Origin: Phoronis australis
Lineage: Eukaryota > Animalia > Phoronida
Assembly: GCA_002633005.1 (NCBI GenBank)
Contig: NMRA01000039.1
Location: 427,225 to 491,224 of the forward strand
Direction of reading: 5' to 3'
DNA length: 64,000 nucleotides
Below, piece by piece: positions 38,001 through 53,000 of this stretch; the stretch's first letter is position 1, and each line of letters opens with the position of its first letter. The notes beneath the pieces were generated by a model, which searched no databases, was not told the origin of the DNA, and saw only the letters and a list, made by a program, of their open reading frames with translations. The translations under genes were made by a program, and so were the position numbers.

Positions 38001-41000
38001 ACTGTTGAGCTGAACCATGCACAGAGACAGCTGGCTTGGAGATGTTGCCATGGCCACACACTGTCGCCATGCAGCCAAACCTTTGGGTATCTCCTCTTCC
38101 ATGGGGCTGGACTGGCCGCTGCCCGTGCTGTGGTTGGTCAGACTGATCTCTGGCCTGAAACAAAAGAGAGGTGCATTCATTCAAAGTTCAATTCTTGAAA
38201 AACATCTTTCAATTCTGTGTTTTCATATCCATGAGTTTTCCAGGATATAATTTTCATTTCCAAGATTTTTCAAAACAATTGCAAAGAGGTCCATAGGCGA
38301 AGAGTGAAAACACCTGAATCACCAACTAATCGGACACCTTAGTAAACCTTGCTCATCACTTTAAGGAGACACCAAAGTGCCCGTTCTATCGCAATAACCA
38401 TACATACGCTTTGTTGAGCGGTGGCTTCAGGTAGCGTCTCTCTATGTTCGTCTCCAACTTGGCCAGCCTCGTTCTGGCCACCTCCACGATGTACTGCTGA
38501 TGTTCGCCCGTCTTCTGCTCGTGATTGGAGATGAGAGTGAGACTGTCGTCACCAGACGCTTTCTCCGGCAACTTCCATCCCTGCGTAACAACACCATTTG
38601 AAACATGACTTTTACCCTGAGCATTAACAGAGGGAACAGCACTGGCAGATCCAGGATGCCACAAGGGGATGGGCTCTACCATGAATTTCAAAGGAATCAT
38701 GTCTTCTTAACCAGATGTTTTGGCCATGTCTAAAGGGTAGGGGGATGACGGGCCCTGGGACTCTCCCTAAATACACCCATGCAATTTAAGGCAAAGTCTC
38801 ATGCATAATGTATCTTCACCTCAAAGTAATCAGTTGCTTTGGTCTAGATAACTTTGTCTTTTCAAATTCTAAAACTGTTTGACCTCAACATTTTTGCTTC
38901 ATAAAAGCACGTCATTGAGTTTTACACATTTTCCAAAACTGGGACATCCCAGTTTACCACATTGTTCTGACACCTCTTTAACAACACCCTCCCTCAACCT
39001 TGACACGAGTGTCTATTCGGAAGGCCCCACTGCCGAATCCTCAACACAACCCACGCACAACTGGCTCAGCAAATATCTCAGAAATCCCCTTTCATGCTGA
39101 CCCTACCTTGACCTGTAGACTAGCATTGAACACTCTCTCTTCCAGCGATTCCACGTCGTCAAGTAACGACCTCTCCAGGTCATGAGCCACCTCCCTGTTC
39201 CAGCTTCCTCTCTTGTCCGGGGTGGGGGCACTGCACGCATTCTGTGAGATCTCACGGTCATTCGCTGTGATGTCAAGCTCCACCACTAGAGGGGGAAACA
39301 GTTGCAATGAGATACAACGGTAATTTTTCTCATGGCAGTTGTAAATGAACCACATTACATCAAAGAAATTAAGTTTTGAAATAAACCTCATCTGGTTGAA
39401 AAAAATTGACAGCTCATCATGATTGTTCAAAATGTAACTCACCAAGTCAGCTTATTAATTCCACTACGAACATAGTCTTGGGCAAAAACAAACTGTCAGA
39501 AATCAACTGTTCCATGAGTAAGGCACGCATCAAGTGCAGATCAACTTCATAACCATAAGTTGTCGAAATCAAACATTGCTTTTGACATTAAGTGGGTTAA
39601 ACCAGCTAGTAAATAAGAACAAGGGTACGTGCATTCAATTTACTAATCTGAAGGTTTCCTAATCCTTAGGGACCTACAGAAAAAATGTCCATGTGAATAG
39701 CTACATCAAACAATAGCCAACTATTTGTCGAAAGCACGGATTGATAGACTGTAGATCACAAACATTTAGCCCTCTGAGAGTTAAACAAATTATTCTGAAA
39801 CCATACGCAAGCACAATACTGATGGACTGAGACGCATCTTTTGTTTGCTTAGGACAATTGCTCTTACTTTCTTGACTACCCTTTCCACAGTGTTGGATGG
39901 CAAAGTCCATGTTCTTCTGGAAGTTTCTCTGCAAGTGTTTCTCACGGTAACCGCGTGAAAGCAGGCAGCGGAGAAGCGCCTTGAACTGGTTAGGATCGGT
40001 TATCCGCCACCAACCATTCTGCATTCCTAGTAAGGTAAAAGAGGGGTGTCTTTTACTGGCTGGTTTCCATAAAATGTCTTTCAGTGTATAAGTGAAAATG
40101 TAACCATGAACGGCAACCAGTGGGAGACCAGCTTCCTTGTAACAATGCTTCACAAATAAAAACTTGCCAGGTATTAATCATATGCAGATTTCAAAAAATG
40201 AGATCAATACCGTTTTCCTGCATTTTTAATAACCCTTTCACAGCTGTGGACCACAAAACTGGTTTAATATTTTTAATCTACTCTCGATACTACAGATCGC
40301 TGTATTGGAATCGAGTCCCACAGAAGTCAGATGCAACAGGAACTTGGATTGGAAGACATTTCCTGTGACATCTTCAAGGCATGTATAAAGTTGGCTTGCA
40401 CATTTTTTATGATTAGCCAAGGTGAAGTAATGATGTATTTACGGGCTTTTGAAACATAGCAGAACTTTGAGATCAGACTCACATCCTTTACATGCACTGT
40501 TCTTCAATTGGCAAGAATAACGATAATGTCACAAGCCAAGCTTAAATCCGTGAGATGCAGACGCAACGTCGCAAATTTTTGTAAGTTTTAATTCCAGTAT
40601 TAGACTCAAACTTGATCTGTTCTTCAAAAAGCTGCAGGAAATTTCTCTTAAACTACTTTACGCATGCATAGAGCCATTGAAAATTGGACTTGTATGTCTA
40701 GGGAAAAAGTTGCAATTAACAAAAGTATGTTGTTTACTAAGTTGTTATTACAGCGATTTGAGCTTTCATCTCCAATATTTAGATAAAAGGAAATAAAGAT
40801 ATAAGCTTCTGATACAATTGACTACGTATTACAAAGAACAAAACCTTTTTATTCAAACTCTTTGAAGGCACTGTCAGTTCCCAGTGACCATTTAAGCCGA
40901 CAACAAGCACCAATGGCACTGGACATACCTTGGGGAATAGGCAGTGGATCCTGGTGAAGGCTCTCCTGTGTCGGAGGTAGGTTTGTGCAGTCCATGCTGG

Positions 41001-44000
41001 ACTCAGATGGCGCCCGCGTGGAACTGGCATGACTTTGGTAGAAATACGGACTAGACGTCAACGGCAGCATGCCGTAGCCAAACGGCGAATTGTGCAGCTG
41101 GCCCATAGACACGGGCGAGAACATCTGGCCAGAAAAACCAAATGGTGGGAAACCCGAGACGTCTGCCTTAGACTTTTCAGCAGACGGCGGTACGCTGGTG
41201 ATGGACTGGTCGTCACAAGCTATCTTTGGGAGAATACTAAACCACTGAGCTTCATTAGCTGCACCCTGCTTTATGCCAGGCAAGTAGTATGGACTTAGGA
41301 AACTGCCATCGGAGCTTGTGTCCATTTTAGAGGACAGCTCAGTACTGTCCAATGTCTGATTAAGACTAATGTTTGTGGATTTTTTAGATTCCGGAGTCAC
41401 GGAGACTGTCTTGTTGTCGTGTCCAGGGGTCTCGGACTTGGAAGGTTTACGGTCGCTACCAGCTTCTTCGTTATTGCATTTAAGTACGTCGGCCATTTTG
41501 GAGGTAGTTGGAACTTTGAAGTCGGATCTTTCACCAGCAAGACTACTGTTGCACTTGAATAGTCCTTGATCATGTCCATTTATTATGACTTTGTCCTCGA
41601 TATGCGTCATCGAGTTGGACAAACTCTGTGATCTATCGAAGGAATTACATTCACTAGATTTGGAACCATTCTCAATTTTTACGTTTGTCATTGCAAGACG
41701 TTTATCGTCAACCCTGTTAGCTTCCACAGTACAATCTGCTGCACATTCTCCTCCAGAGGGGGACACTGAAGGCTTTTGCTCAACACATTCATCTTTACAC
41801 ACTTTAACGTCTGCTTTCTTTGGGGCAGTCTCATCGCATTTTTTCACTAGTTTAGACTCCAGATTGTCACTGCACACTCTTGCAGAGTCTACTGCCATTG
41901 CAACAGTTTCGCCATTTAAACCTTTATCGGCTGCGTCATTCGACTCCATTTTACAAACGGCAGCTTCGCACTTACTCTCTCCAGACTGACAACTCACTGC
42001 TTCAGATTTTCCACCAATAGGTCCAGATTCGGGTTTCCAGTCTGCAATTTCAGATTTACACACCTTCATCTCGATGTCGTACTCCTTTGTACTGTCCAGA
42101 GTTTCCTGTTCCGATTCCGGATTGAGCGTCAGATACTCTTGAACATCTCCAGACTCGACGCCCTCAACAAATATACCCCCCGCATGAGGCAGCACCCAGT
42201 AGCGTCGCTTGTAGCGATCCACGCCAAAATCGACGGCACGCAGCTTGCGACAGGCATCAAATACCTTGCTCCTGAACTGACCTTGTTGCTAAAAATAGCG
42301 TGTGACCATATTAAGATCATTGTCACTGGTTTTTACTAGTATGTATTTTATACAGTAACTATGATCAGGGTTCGTAAAGACAGCCTGTGAAAAAGTAGGA
42401 ATACTTTGACAAAAAAGTAGGAATACACATTTGATTAAAGTTGTATGAATCTGTATGAACATATTACGGATTAGATTGCTCAAATTTTTCACACTAGCTA
42501 TTTGTCATAATTCGATTGTTTTGATCAAGGTGGGTGTCATAAATGAGGAAATCCTACACTTATTCTTGGCCTTAGCACCTACCAGAAATTTCCAAATAGC
42601 CCACTCAAAAGTATGCCTATGAGCGTGTTTTCCGAAAATTTTCCAAAAGTACGCCAATGGGCGTATTTCCCATAACTGCATGTTTTGAAAATCAGATGGA
42701 TATTTCTAAAATACATAATACTGTAACATGTTTTGAGGTAAAATGTTGTTGATACTGACACGACATTATAGTTATTTAACTGAGACTGTGATTTCACTCA
42801 AATGTCTACCCTTCAATGAGATATCGGGTGACTTGGCAGGTACACAATCTTACTAGCACAATATGAAGGACAGTGTCCTGTCAAATGTGAAAAAAGCATG
42901 CATAAATAAAATTCTTACTCGTAAGCTACAACTACAGACATACATCAAAAAAACAAATTTATTTCAAACAGTTTCCGAAAAAAACTGCCCCCCTTTTCCA
43001 AAAATATGCCCAGGTGTACATTCAGTTAGGAAAAGTAGGAACTGTACAAACCCTGCATTATCTGTCATACTCCGTAACTAATCAGTAAAATACTGACCGT
43101 AGAGCAAATCTGAGGACGTTTACAAGTAAAATGAGCAGATACCCTACTCAATGACATAAACATTTTTGAAACGCTTCCAAACTCTTCACAAGTCATTTTA
43201 CAATTAGTGTCGCTCATGCAGAGAGAGACACATGTCAAATTGGTATGAAGTAGGCAATAATATAAACAATTTTATACCACAATATTAGCCTCGAATGGCA
43301 TATACAATTGTGTAATAACCCATAAAGGTATCACACTAGTGATACCGGGGTGGACACCAAAAACAAGATTTGAAAACAGGAAAAATGGCCACTAGGTGGT
43401 GTAAAATATCTCAATTCCATCCAAAAACAGGAAGATAGCGTCATCACACCAACAGTTGCCTATATATAGAATTTTATGAAAATCTGTTGAGGACCTTTGA
43501 AGATACTGAGTTAAACGTAAAAAACTACAAGAGCAACGCAGAGCGTTGAAATGCACCCACATTTGCACCGTATACGGTATCCTTCTAGGGTTGTTTATTG
43601 GTACCATAAATTGGCCAGTAGAGGGCATATATGTAGTATGTTGTACTTTGCAAAATGGAAAGGCATGGTCATTGTCTCCTCAATAGGCTAGGGGCAAAAT
43701 GTGAGTGATTTTCATAATACAAGCACATCCTATACATCAGTTGCTTAAAGCACCACAGAAACATAGAATTAAAAACAAATTTACCAACATACGAGATTAG
43801 CACAGCATTCGAATGCGAAAAACAAATTTCTACTTGGAACTTTTCCTTCATAGTCACGAAGTAACACAAAGTATACACCTGAAGACCTATGAAAATACAG
43901 AGGTCAACATAAAACACTTAAATTGCCACTAGAGGCATACTGGTAGTCAGAATCATCCTAAAGTCGTCATCGTCTGTTGTCAACAACACATAAATACACT

Positions 44001-47000
44001 TGCTAAATTTAGTAAAGATCCTGCAAATGGTTTGGAAGAAACAGCCATGGGTGCAAAAAAAAACTGCCACTAGGAGGCGCCACAGTAATCAAAGTCATGG
44101 GAACTTCAGCGTCAACCGTCCTCTTCATAGTAAGAACATACATGCCAATTTTCACAATCATACTTAGAGCGGTTTGGTTGATAGAGGGGTGGACGCCAAA
44201 AAACAGACTCAAAAACAGTAAAAATGGCCACTGGGTGTCACAAACTAGGTCGTATCCATCCGAAAACAGTAGGATAGTGTCATCGCACTAATAGGTGCCT
44301 ACATACCAAATTTCATGAAAATCCGTTAAGGACTTGTGAAGATACAGAGGTAAATGTAAAAAAATAAAATTGCCACTAGGGGACACACTGGTAGGCAGAT
44401 CCGTCCAAAAGTCGTCATCGTCTGTTGTTAACATCATATAAATACACTTATTAAATTTCGTAAAGATCCTGCGAACGGTTTAGGAGATACAGCCATAGGC
44501 GCAAAAAAAAAAAAAAACTGCCATTAGGAGGTGCCACAGTAGTCCAAATCGTCTGAAAATCATTGTCAGCTGTCTCCTTTATAGTAAGCACATACATGCC
44601 AATTTTCACAATCATCCTTTGAGCGGTTTGGTTGATAGAGGGGTGGACGCAAAAAAACAGACTCAAAAACAGTGAAAATGGCCACTAAGTGGCGCAAACT
44701 ACGTCGGATCCATCCGAAAACGGGAGGATAGCGTCATCTCACTAATAGGTGCCTACATACCAAACTTCATGAAAATCCGTTCAGGACTTTTGAAGATACA
44801 ATGGTAAGCGTAAAAAACTAAAATTGCCACTAGGGGGCACACCGGTAGTCGGATCTGTCCGAAAGTTCGCTCATGCCGTCCTATTCATGAACGGAACATA
44901 TATGACAAATTTCATGAATGTATGTCAAAGGATTTTGGAGATAGAGCAGCGGACGCCGGACTGACGCCATCCAGACGGACAGAGATGACGGCATAATGCG
45001 TTCACATATAAATATGTGGGCGCATAATAAAAAGTAAATTGCCATTACATTGAAACAAAATAATGCTCTGCAACCCTTGACTACCCTCAAAAGTTTCGAG
45101 GAAAATTTGAAAACTCCTTTCCAAGTCTGCTAAATTGGCAAGCGTAACCTACTTTTATAGCAGCAATTGTGGGAAAAGGCAACCCACAAAGGACTGTAAT
45201 ATCCAATCTGTGAGACAGGGTGTATGATTTTTTAGTGGATTCCTGTCTTTATCTTTCAAGATTGACAGCAATGGTCCATTAGCAGGTGACATAACAAGGA
45301 TTGGATGAAATCATCAACACAGTGTTGAGTATCCTTTCAATAGAATATGAATGTATACACATACCTTGGATAATTTTTCAATTTTCTTTTCAAGCTCTTC
45401 AACTGGCATTGAAGCATTCTCCTAAAAATTCAAATTCGTCACTTTCATAATTATGGAAACATTCCCCTTTGCTTTCATTCGCAGCATTCTTTCAAACATA
45501 AATTACATGACGTTCTACAGCAAGAGGCAACAGGTTAGATTGTGAATAACTCGTGGAGTTCACCGACAAAATCGTCAATTCCTTGTAAACATTTTGCCTT
45601 TAATATTAAAATTTCCACATTTAATAAAGTCTTACGGCCAACAGAACAACTAATTGTTCATTTACACAGTACATAACTTCCAATCCATCAGCTAAGACGT
45701 CCTGTGGCCGGAATGCCATGAATGAATAGCGTCACGTGACCCTACCTCTCCGTCAGACATGGCCCCGTCTGCTCCACTCTCGTGTCCACTTTCATCCTCC
45801 TCGTCATCACTGGCCTGTTTACTGCTCAATGCGGTCATTGCACTGTTGCTGTCGTCGCGCGGTGGCGACGGTTTGGCTATCAACGGCTTATTAATCTTCT
45901 TAGCATGGACGGCCTTCAGACTGAAGCAGAATTATCATAGGTTAGTCACCGCGGTTATTTTATTCACAAAATTAAAAACAAAACTTTCACATTTAAAACA
46001 TTTTGAACTGCTCAGGGCTCCCAAAATCCACAACTAGAAAGTAGGCCACTCATCCCAACAAAATCGGTACAAAAAATTTTACTTACCNCAATTTTCTTTT
46101 CAAGCTCTTCAACTGGCATTGAAGCATTCTCCTAAAAATTCAAATTCGTCACTTTCATAATTATGGAAACATTCCCCTTTGCTTTCATTCGCAGCATTCT
46201 TTCAAACATAAATTACATGACGTTCTACAGCAAGAGGCAACAGGTTAGATTGTGAATAACTCGTGGAGTTCACCGACAAAATCGTCAATTCCTTGTAAAC
46301 ATTTTGCCTTTAATATTAAAATTTCCACATTTAATAAAGTCTTACGGCCAACAGAACAACTAATTGTTCATTTACACAGTACATAACTTCCAATCCATCA
46401 GCTAAGACGTCCTGTGGCCGGAATGCCATGAATGAATAGCGTCACGTGACCCTACCTCTCCGTCAGACATGGCCCCGTCTGCTCCACTCTCGTGTCCACT
46501 TTCATCCTCCTCGTCATCACTGGCCTGTTTACTGCTCAATGCGGTCATTGCACTGTTGCTGTCATCGCGCGGTGGCGACGGTTTGGCTATCAACGGCTTA
46601 TTAATCTTCTTAGCATGGACGGCCTTCAGACTGAAGCAGAATTATCATAGGTTAGTTACCGCGGTTATTTTATTCACAAAATTTAAAAAAAACTTTCACA
46701 TTTAAAACATTTTGAACTGCTCAGGGCTCCCAAAATCCACAACTAGAAGTAGGCCACTCATCTCAACAAAATCGGTTCAGAAAATTTTACTTACCAAAGT
46801 AAACTTTGCAGTATGTCACCAAGAAAAACACGGATTTCCACATTTTTCTCTATTTACGAGTACAAATAAGTTATTAACTTTTACAGCTTCCCTTCAAAAC
46901 AATTACAGTCGTGCACAAAAACGATTTTTCGTGAGTCACACACAGTAACTGATGTTTTTCAATTGACTTGCCTTATGGGTTATTATTAGATAAAGTATGT

Positions 47001-50000
47001 GTGTATGTGTTAGTGGTTGAGCTGTGTAGCCAGCCTGTAATGAATTGGGCTTCAAGTCTTCTTGGGCCGCAAGTCTACCGGGCCGCAAGTCTACCTGGGC
47101 CGCAAGTCTACCTGGGCCGCAAGTCTACTTGGGCAGCAAGTCTACTTGGGCGGAAAGTCTACTTGGGCCGCAAGTCTACTTGGGCCGCAAATCTACTTGG
47201 GCTGAAACACGTGACAATGTCCGAAGGAAAAGGACAAATATGGCTGTAGGCTGAGAGTTAAACTTTATTAGCAGGACTTGTACTCTCTAGTTTAAATGAA
47301 GTGTTATCTTAGTGTAGGTCACAGAATATCATTTCAAGCAATGTCGCAGACACACAGCTACTTATAACTATTTATAACTATTTATAACTATTTATAACTA
47401 TTTATAACTATTTATAACTATTTATAACTATTTATAACTATTTATAACTGCTCTAACTAAGCCAATTTCCTCCCATCAACATGTCAAGAATTATTTTAAG
47501 GGGACACAAGTCATAAAGTACACTTACTTTCGAAGTTTTCCCTCAACGGACCACTTGTCCTTGCGCAGGTTGGATATATTCTCTATACTTTCCTCGATCT
47601 CCCCAGTGACTGTGTTGCTACACAACAGCTCATTACACAGGAAGGCAAGGCAAGATGACTTGTCCGTGGCATTCAGGGCTTGGAACGGAATCGTCCGCAG
47701 GCGGGTCGAGAGCTGGAGAGAACAAAATGACAAGTGACACAATGGATGACCACACTACAAACGTAGCTACTGTTTCTCCAAATACCAGGAAATTAGTTAA
47801 ACTCACAACAACATGCTAATAAAAAATATTTTGTTTTCAACCTATTCCTTTGCCCCATAAGTGCAGATTGCACTTCCTGTTAGATTATCAAATATGAAAA
47901 TTAGGTGACCTCAGGATTAACTTTCAGGACATACTATAGCTTGCACACTCTATACATTTTACAACAACAATCAAATTCGTAGAATGAATATTCCAAAATT
48001 ACTGGTTATAGCACTAAATTCACCTTGTTTAGTTATACAGTAATTTTAAAATAAACTGGATAGCCACAAAGTTTCGGTAAACAAAATCACATCTAAGTAT
48101 CCATTTCTTGCTGGATACAACCTGTTTCCATTCTGGCTGAATCTCCACAAAATAGCGACGTGTTTTGCTCCACGTACTTAACACTGCAATAATGCGTCCA
48201 TTCACTAATTAAACAATAAGTGGCTAGGCAGAGTAACATCACATCACACTCTTAAGGTCGACAAAAATGACAAATACGACAAGCGCTCGAATAAACTGTC
48301 GACTGAAACCAACAAGGAGTGTCAAAGTGTGTCTCGTTTATTTTCGAAAACTGCCGAAAGTTTTGGAGGCATATAACAAATTTTCCAAACATTAACCTCA
48401 TCAGCCTTTCCATTCCTGGCTTCCATGAAAATCCTCAGAACCTCGGAGACGTTGTCATCGTTGATATCTACATCCCCAATCTTCTGGTTGAGTTTAGTCG
48501 TCGCCTGCAAGAAGAAATACATTGCAAAAATATAAGACTGGTGACTGACCATGACATGTAATGGAACAGAATTTGATAACAACCCATGGAGAATAGAGTT
48601 GACACGTTTCAAGGAACACTGATTGCAGTCTTAGGCAATGAAAATTTACACACTTTTAGAGCAAAAGCCTTGACAGTGTCAATGAATTAAAGCAGATGCC
48701 AACAGTTTAGTGATGTCTTCACTGTAAGTGGCCGTGAACCGTACATGTATTTTTACTGTACTGCTCTCCTAACTATTTCTGCAACATTTAGTGGTCACCC
48801 AGTCGGTGTACCTACAATTCTGTATTACATTTTACTGCGCTATCATGGTGACCAGTTAAACGCAGATGTGACCACCTCAAGTTCGTCATCGTGTTTACGC
48901 GGTGAAATGGATCGTAGAAATGAAACTTACGATCATGATGTCATTCCAAAATGTTTCACATGATTAATTACAGAAATGGAAACATTAATTAACATTGAAG
49001 CATGTCTGACAGAAGATTTGGCTAATTTGTACATATACCAAAATAATATCAAATCCATTTGTCTAACCCTTTAAAGAATGCCTGTCCACAGTAAATCCAG
49101 ATATAATGCTTCTTAGCATTTTCTAGGTTCAACTCTTGTTATTGTACATAGTGTTTTTTGTAATAAACATTATAAAAAAATCAGTAAATCCAAACAGCTA
49201 TACCAGCAGGTTCATCATATCCACCAAATTCGGGTTAAGTGCTCCAGTAAAAAACAAAAGCCAAGTCAGTTTGGACATCCTGTACCTCACAAGCCCCACA
49301 AAACCCACGAGTACCGCCTACCTCCTTTGGGTTGGGTACGCCGGGATCATCGATGGCCAACTTCAACATCTGGGCCAGTAGAGTCATCAGGTCCTCTACG
49401 TGATCCTCTTCATTCAACAGCCCCAGTTGGAGCGAGTTCAGACTAGGCACCACGTCATCATCCAGGTCCAGCGCGTCACCAAAGTTGTGAAGGAACTCCA
49501 GTGTCATGAGGGCGTCGGCGAACGCCCGGCCCGCCAATTTGACTCCCGGGATGCGATCCAGCTTGGGAAGGTCCTGTTAGCAACAACGGAGAGAATGATG
49601 CTATGAAGAGTTCAACGTAAAACAGCATCAGTAAGCAGATGGTAATGATCCCTCTCAACAGTATTCTCTTGGATTAATAGCCAGGACATTTATACAGTGT
49701 GGACATTAAAGTCAGCAACAGCATATACGTTTAAGAGTCTACAACCCGCTTTCTGTCCAAGAAGCTAATTTTTGACAAAGGCCACCTACCATGATAAAAT
49801 TGGTGTCAACAAGATCAGTGCTCAATAAATGAAAGTGCTTTCCGGGTTTATTAATGACTGACAGACAGCTATTCCTTGATGCTCGGTACAAAAACGACAC
49901 GAAGTGACAAGCCAATTTGCAGAGCCTGGTTTCGAAGAACAATTGCTTCTCTTTCGAGACCCCAAAATCACCTCCAGTTTGACTAAGGAACAATTTGAAT

Positions 50001-53000
50001 TTCAAAATAGTAAACCAATGACAGCATACAAACAATGAATGGCTTGTGAACAAAAAATGAGCAAATTCGGCGCTTCCTGAGAAATTCTTCACCGAAAAGC
50101 AGTTGTATTCACTGAATACGAAGACATCCACAAGAGGTCGCCACATGCTCACCTTGCAGTCCTTGACCCTAAGATCGTCAACGGGTCTCTTCATCTCGTA
50201 CGCCATCTGAATCTCCAGCCGTCGCTGCTCCATTTTTTTCTCCCGCAACAAAACTCGCTCACGATTTTTCTCCTCGCGCATCCGTTCACGCTCCTGTAAA
50301 ATATTTCAATGGCCAATTAAATTTTGTTTCTTAAACATTCATTTGATAGCAGAACCGTGAACACACTTCACTTATTACACTTAATCTAGTCGTTCACGCG
50401 ACAAAATACTTTTCGTTTGATCGGCAGGTGGAAAAGGACAAACTGTCACATCTGTTCAATAGACTACTCATCAACATTGGTTAATTAAAAATCACCAGGA
50501 GAGCCTGAAATATCAAAGCAAAATGTCACACCATTCAACTAATATCCTATGCCACAATGTATTCACTGCAATCCTGTACCCACCTCTAACTTCTTGCGGG
50601 CCTCCAAAGCTTTCAGCAGCAGTAAATGTTGACGCCTTCTTTCACGTTCCTGTTGATAAATAAAACACAAAACTGAATAACCAAGTTCACGTTTGGTTCT
50701 CAAACTGCAAGTCTCTAAAAATAATGTAATCATACCACATAGCGTGATGTCCTGTCACATTTCACCAAATAACCTTTTTAATTGTCCACTTTCAACCGTC
50801 ACAAGTATGTAATGTATGAAGACTCGATGGCAGAAAAAAATCGATGCTTAACAAACATGGCATAGTCATCTATAATCCATTTTTTGTGATTTTTTTCTTT
50901 GAACATTAATTCCCAAAAGATTGTATCAATTCACAAGGAACCATACGTGTCTGACGTCTGTTTATCCTCAAACAACAGCAATATCAGCCATCAATGTCCC
51001 ATTGCAAGTCTTCATTTTGACAGCAACATCTCTGTTAGTCAAAGAAATTCCAAAATACGATTCCCTCGGCCATAGGCCGCAAAATAAATAAGCATAATGT
51101 ACAAAATCTGACATGAGCTGACACAGAACTTAAGAGAAATCAATGCTCAAAGATAAGAAAAAAATGAAAACTGCCAATAAACATATTCACGACATAACTG
51201 AAATCAATTCAAGATGATGCAAATAACTGGTGCATAAATAATGTGTTAATTAAAAGACATGTAACTGAGAGCAATGAGAAATACATAATTATAAAACATG
51301 AAAACTTGATTTTTGAACCAAAAATCCATGAAACTTGAGAACAAGATTTAAATTATTTAAGAAGGAACTGATAGGAATACTCTATAACTTAAAGAAACTG
51401 GTGTACCAGTCACTTACATGGATACAACATCTTGATAACCAGTTTTCTTCACTGAATAATGGTCATCAAACTGGTTCTCAAAATCTGGGACCCATATAAC
51501 TATTGTTGAGAAATGAACGACATGTTCTTTTAAGGAACGATTCGATAATTACAGAAAGAGACAACACGACACTGGAGAAAGCAATGCCATAGTTCACAGG
51601 AAATAAAATAAGATCAACATATAATTAACATATAATTAACATATAATTAAAGCACTAACACTACAAGACCTGGGAGCACTGAGTTACTAATAATGCATAA
51701 CAGACTAGAGAAACTCAAGAATTCTAAGTCTACAAAGCATTCCAAAGTATTTTCAAACTGTCTGTGGCGTGGCGAATTCAACAAAACAGGCTTAATGAAG
51801 ATACGGGACTGACAAAAACGATGAATAGTTCACAAGGTCATACACCTTCAAAGGAAAGAAAATGACGTGACGGCGTCAAGACACCTTTCGGCTTCTAGAT
51901 ATTCCAAAGAAATCATTCGACATTTCAGTGGATCTTCAAAGCACAAGTTGTTTGCCATGCAACATATACTGGGCATGCATAGGGTTCTGTAAAATTAATG
52001 TTTTTTGGTCAGATTTTAGGTCCAAACATTTCACCAGAAGAAAACTAGTAGTTCAAAGTTTTTGCTTGCCTGGACTTCAAAAAATGTAGATGAAAACTTA
52101 GTACAGAAAACTACAGTTAGTCAGATTCCAGTGCCTACAACTCAAGAACTATTATCATGGATAAAAGAGCATTCATTTGATTCGTGCCTATTTTTGGTTT
52201 TAACTGCATCAACACTGTAATGGCGTCTATAACATGATACAGTAAAACTCCCAGAAGTCGTATCTAATTGGACTAAGCGATCTTACCCAATGACGGGCTG
52301 AGTACACGAACTAGAGCCATCGTACCATGAAACTTGTCCATGTTAACAGCACAAGATCTAAGCTAAGTTATTGCGGACTCAAGAAAATTTCCATACTAGG
52401 CTAATTTCCACACATTTAATCTCCGAAATGGCAGATCAGATTCATATGAAAATTTTACACACTATGCTTTATGCAATAATCTCCAGAAGGTATTAGGTAT
52501 TGTTTTTAAAATTAATTGGTATTTTCTAATATTTTTCAGCACAATGCACAGATCTGTCAATAAGGTGCCACATAACCCGACTGGAAGGAGTTTTTACTGA
52601 ACGCATACTTCACAATAAAACACAGCTGCACTACAGCATACTACAGGAAGAAACGATAACTGAGTGGGGAAAAGCTAGTCCTGGGATGCATTCCGTAACA
52701 CGAGACAGGGTTCTTAAGGAGTTTTACACGATCACATAAGATCACATCAAGTGTATAACTAAGCCTCATTAGCATAAACCCGTAAACTGATCACCGCTTT
52801 ACGTGATTGGATGGTCAGGCTAGAATGTTGGATTATGGGAGGAAACTTCCCATGAAATTCACTATTGCCACAATTGTTTGGCATGTGACTAGCATTACGG
52901 AACGCACCCCGGACAGAGCAGCCAATGAGAACAACATCTGAGTACGTACCAATCCAACCATGAGTAACATGTGTTTACGACGCTCACGTTCCTAGGCAGC

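Larger units (their letters stand above)
45379..46795. repeat. 710-bp tandem duplication split by a single N (46088); probable haplotype-overlap assembly artefact
   Basis: 45379-46087 versus 46089-46795 are nearly identical, with a few SNPs and small indels; the junction is exactly at the N. Confidence 0.9.

Noticed and set aside
41029-41989. Plus-strand ORFs over the large exon (similar cases at 62911-63342 and 35672-36065)
   Set aside because: Antisense shadows of BAZ2B coding sequence.
45746-46630. Mutually exclusive duplicated exons
   Set aside because: The intron flanks are as identical as the exons and the junction is an N, so an assembly artefact is more likely.
46968-47254. Repetitive ORFs (LGRKSTWAASL)
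   Set aside because: Translations of the 17-bp intronic minisatellite.
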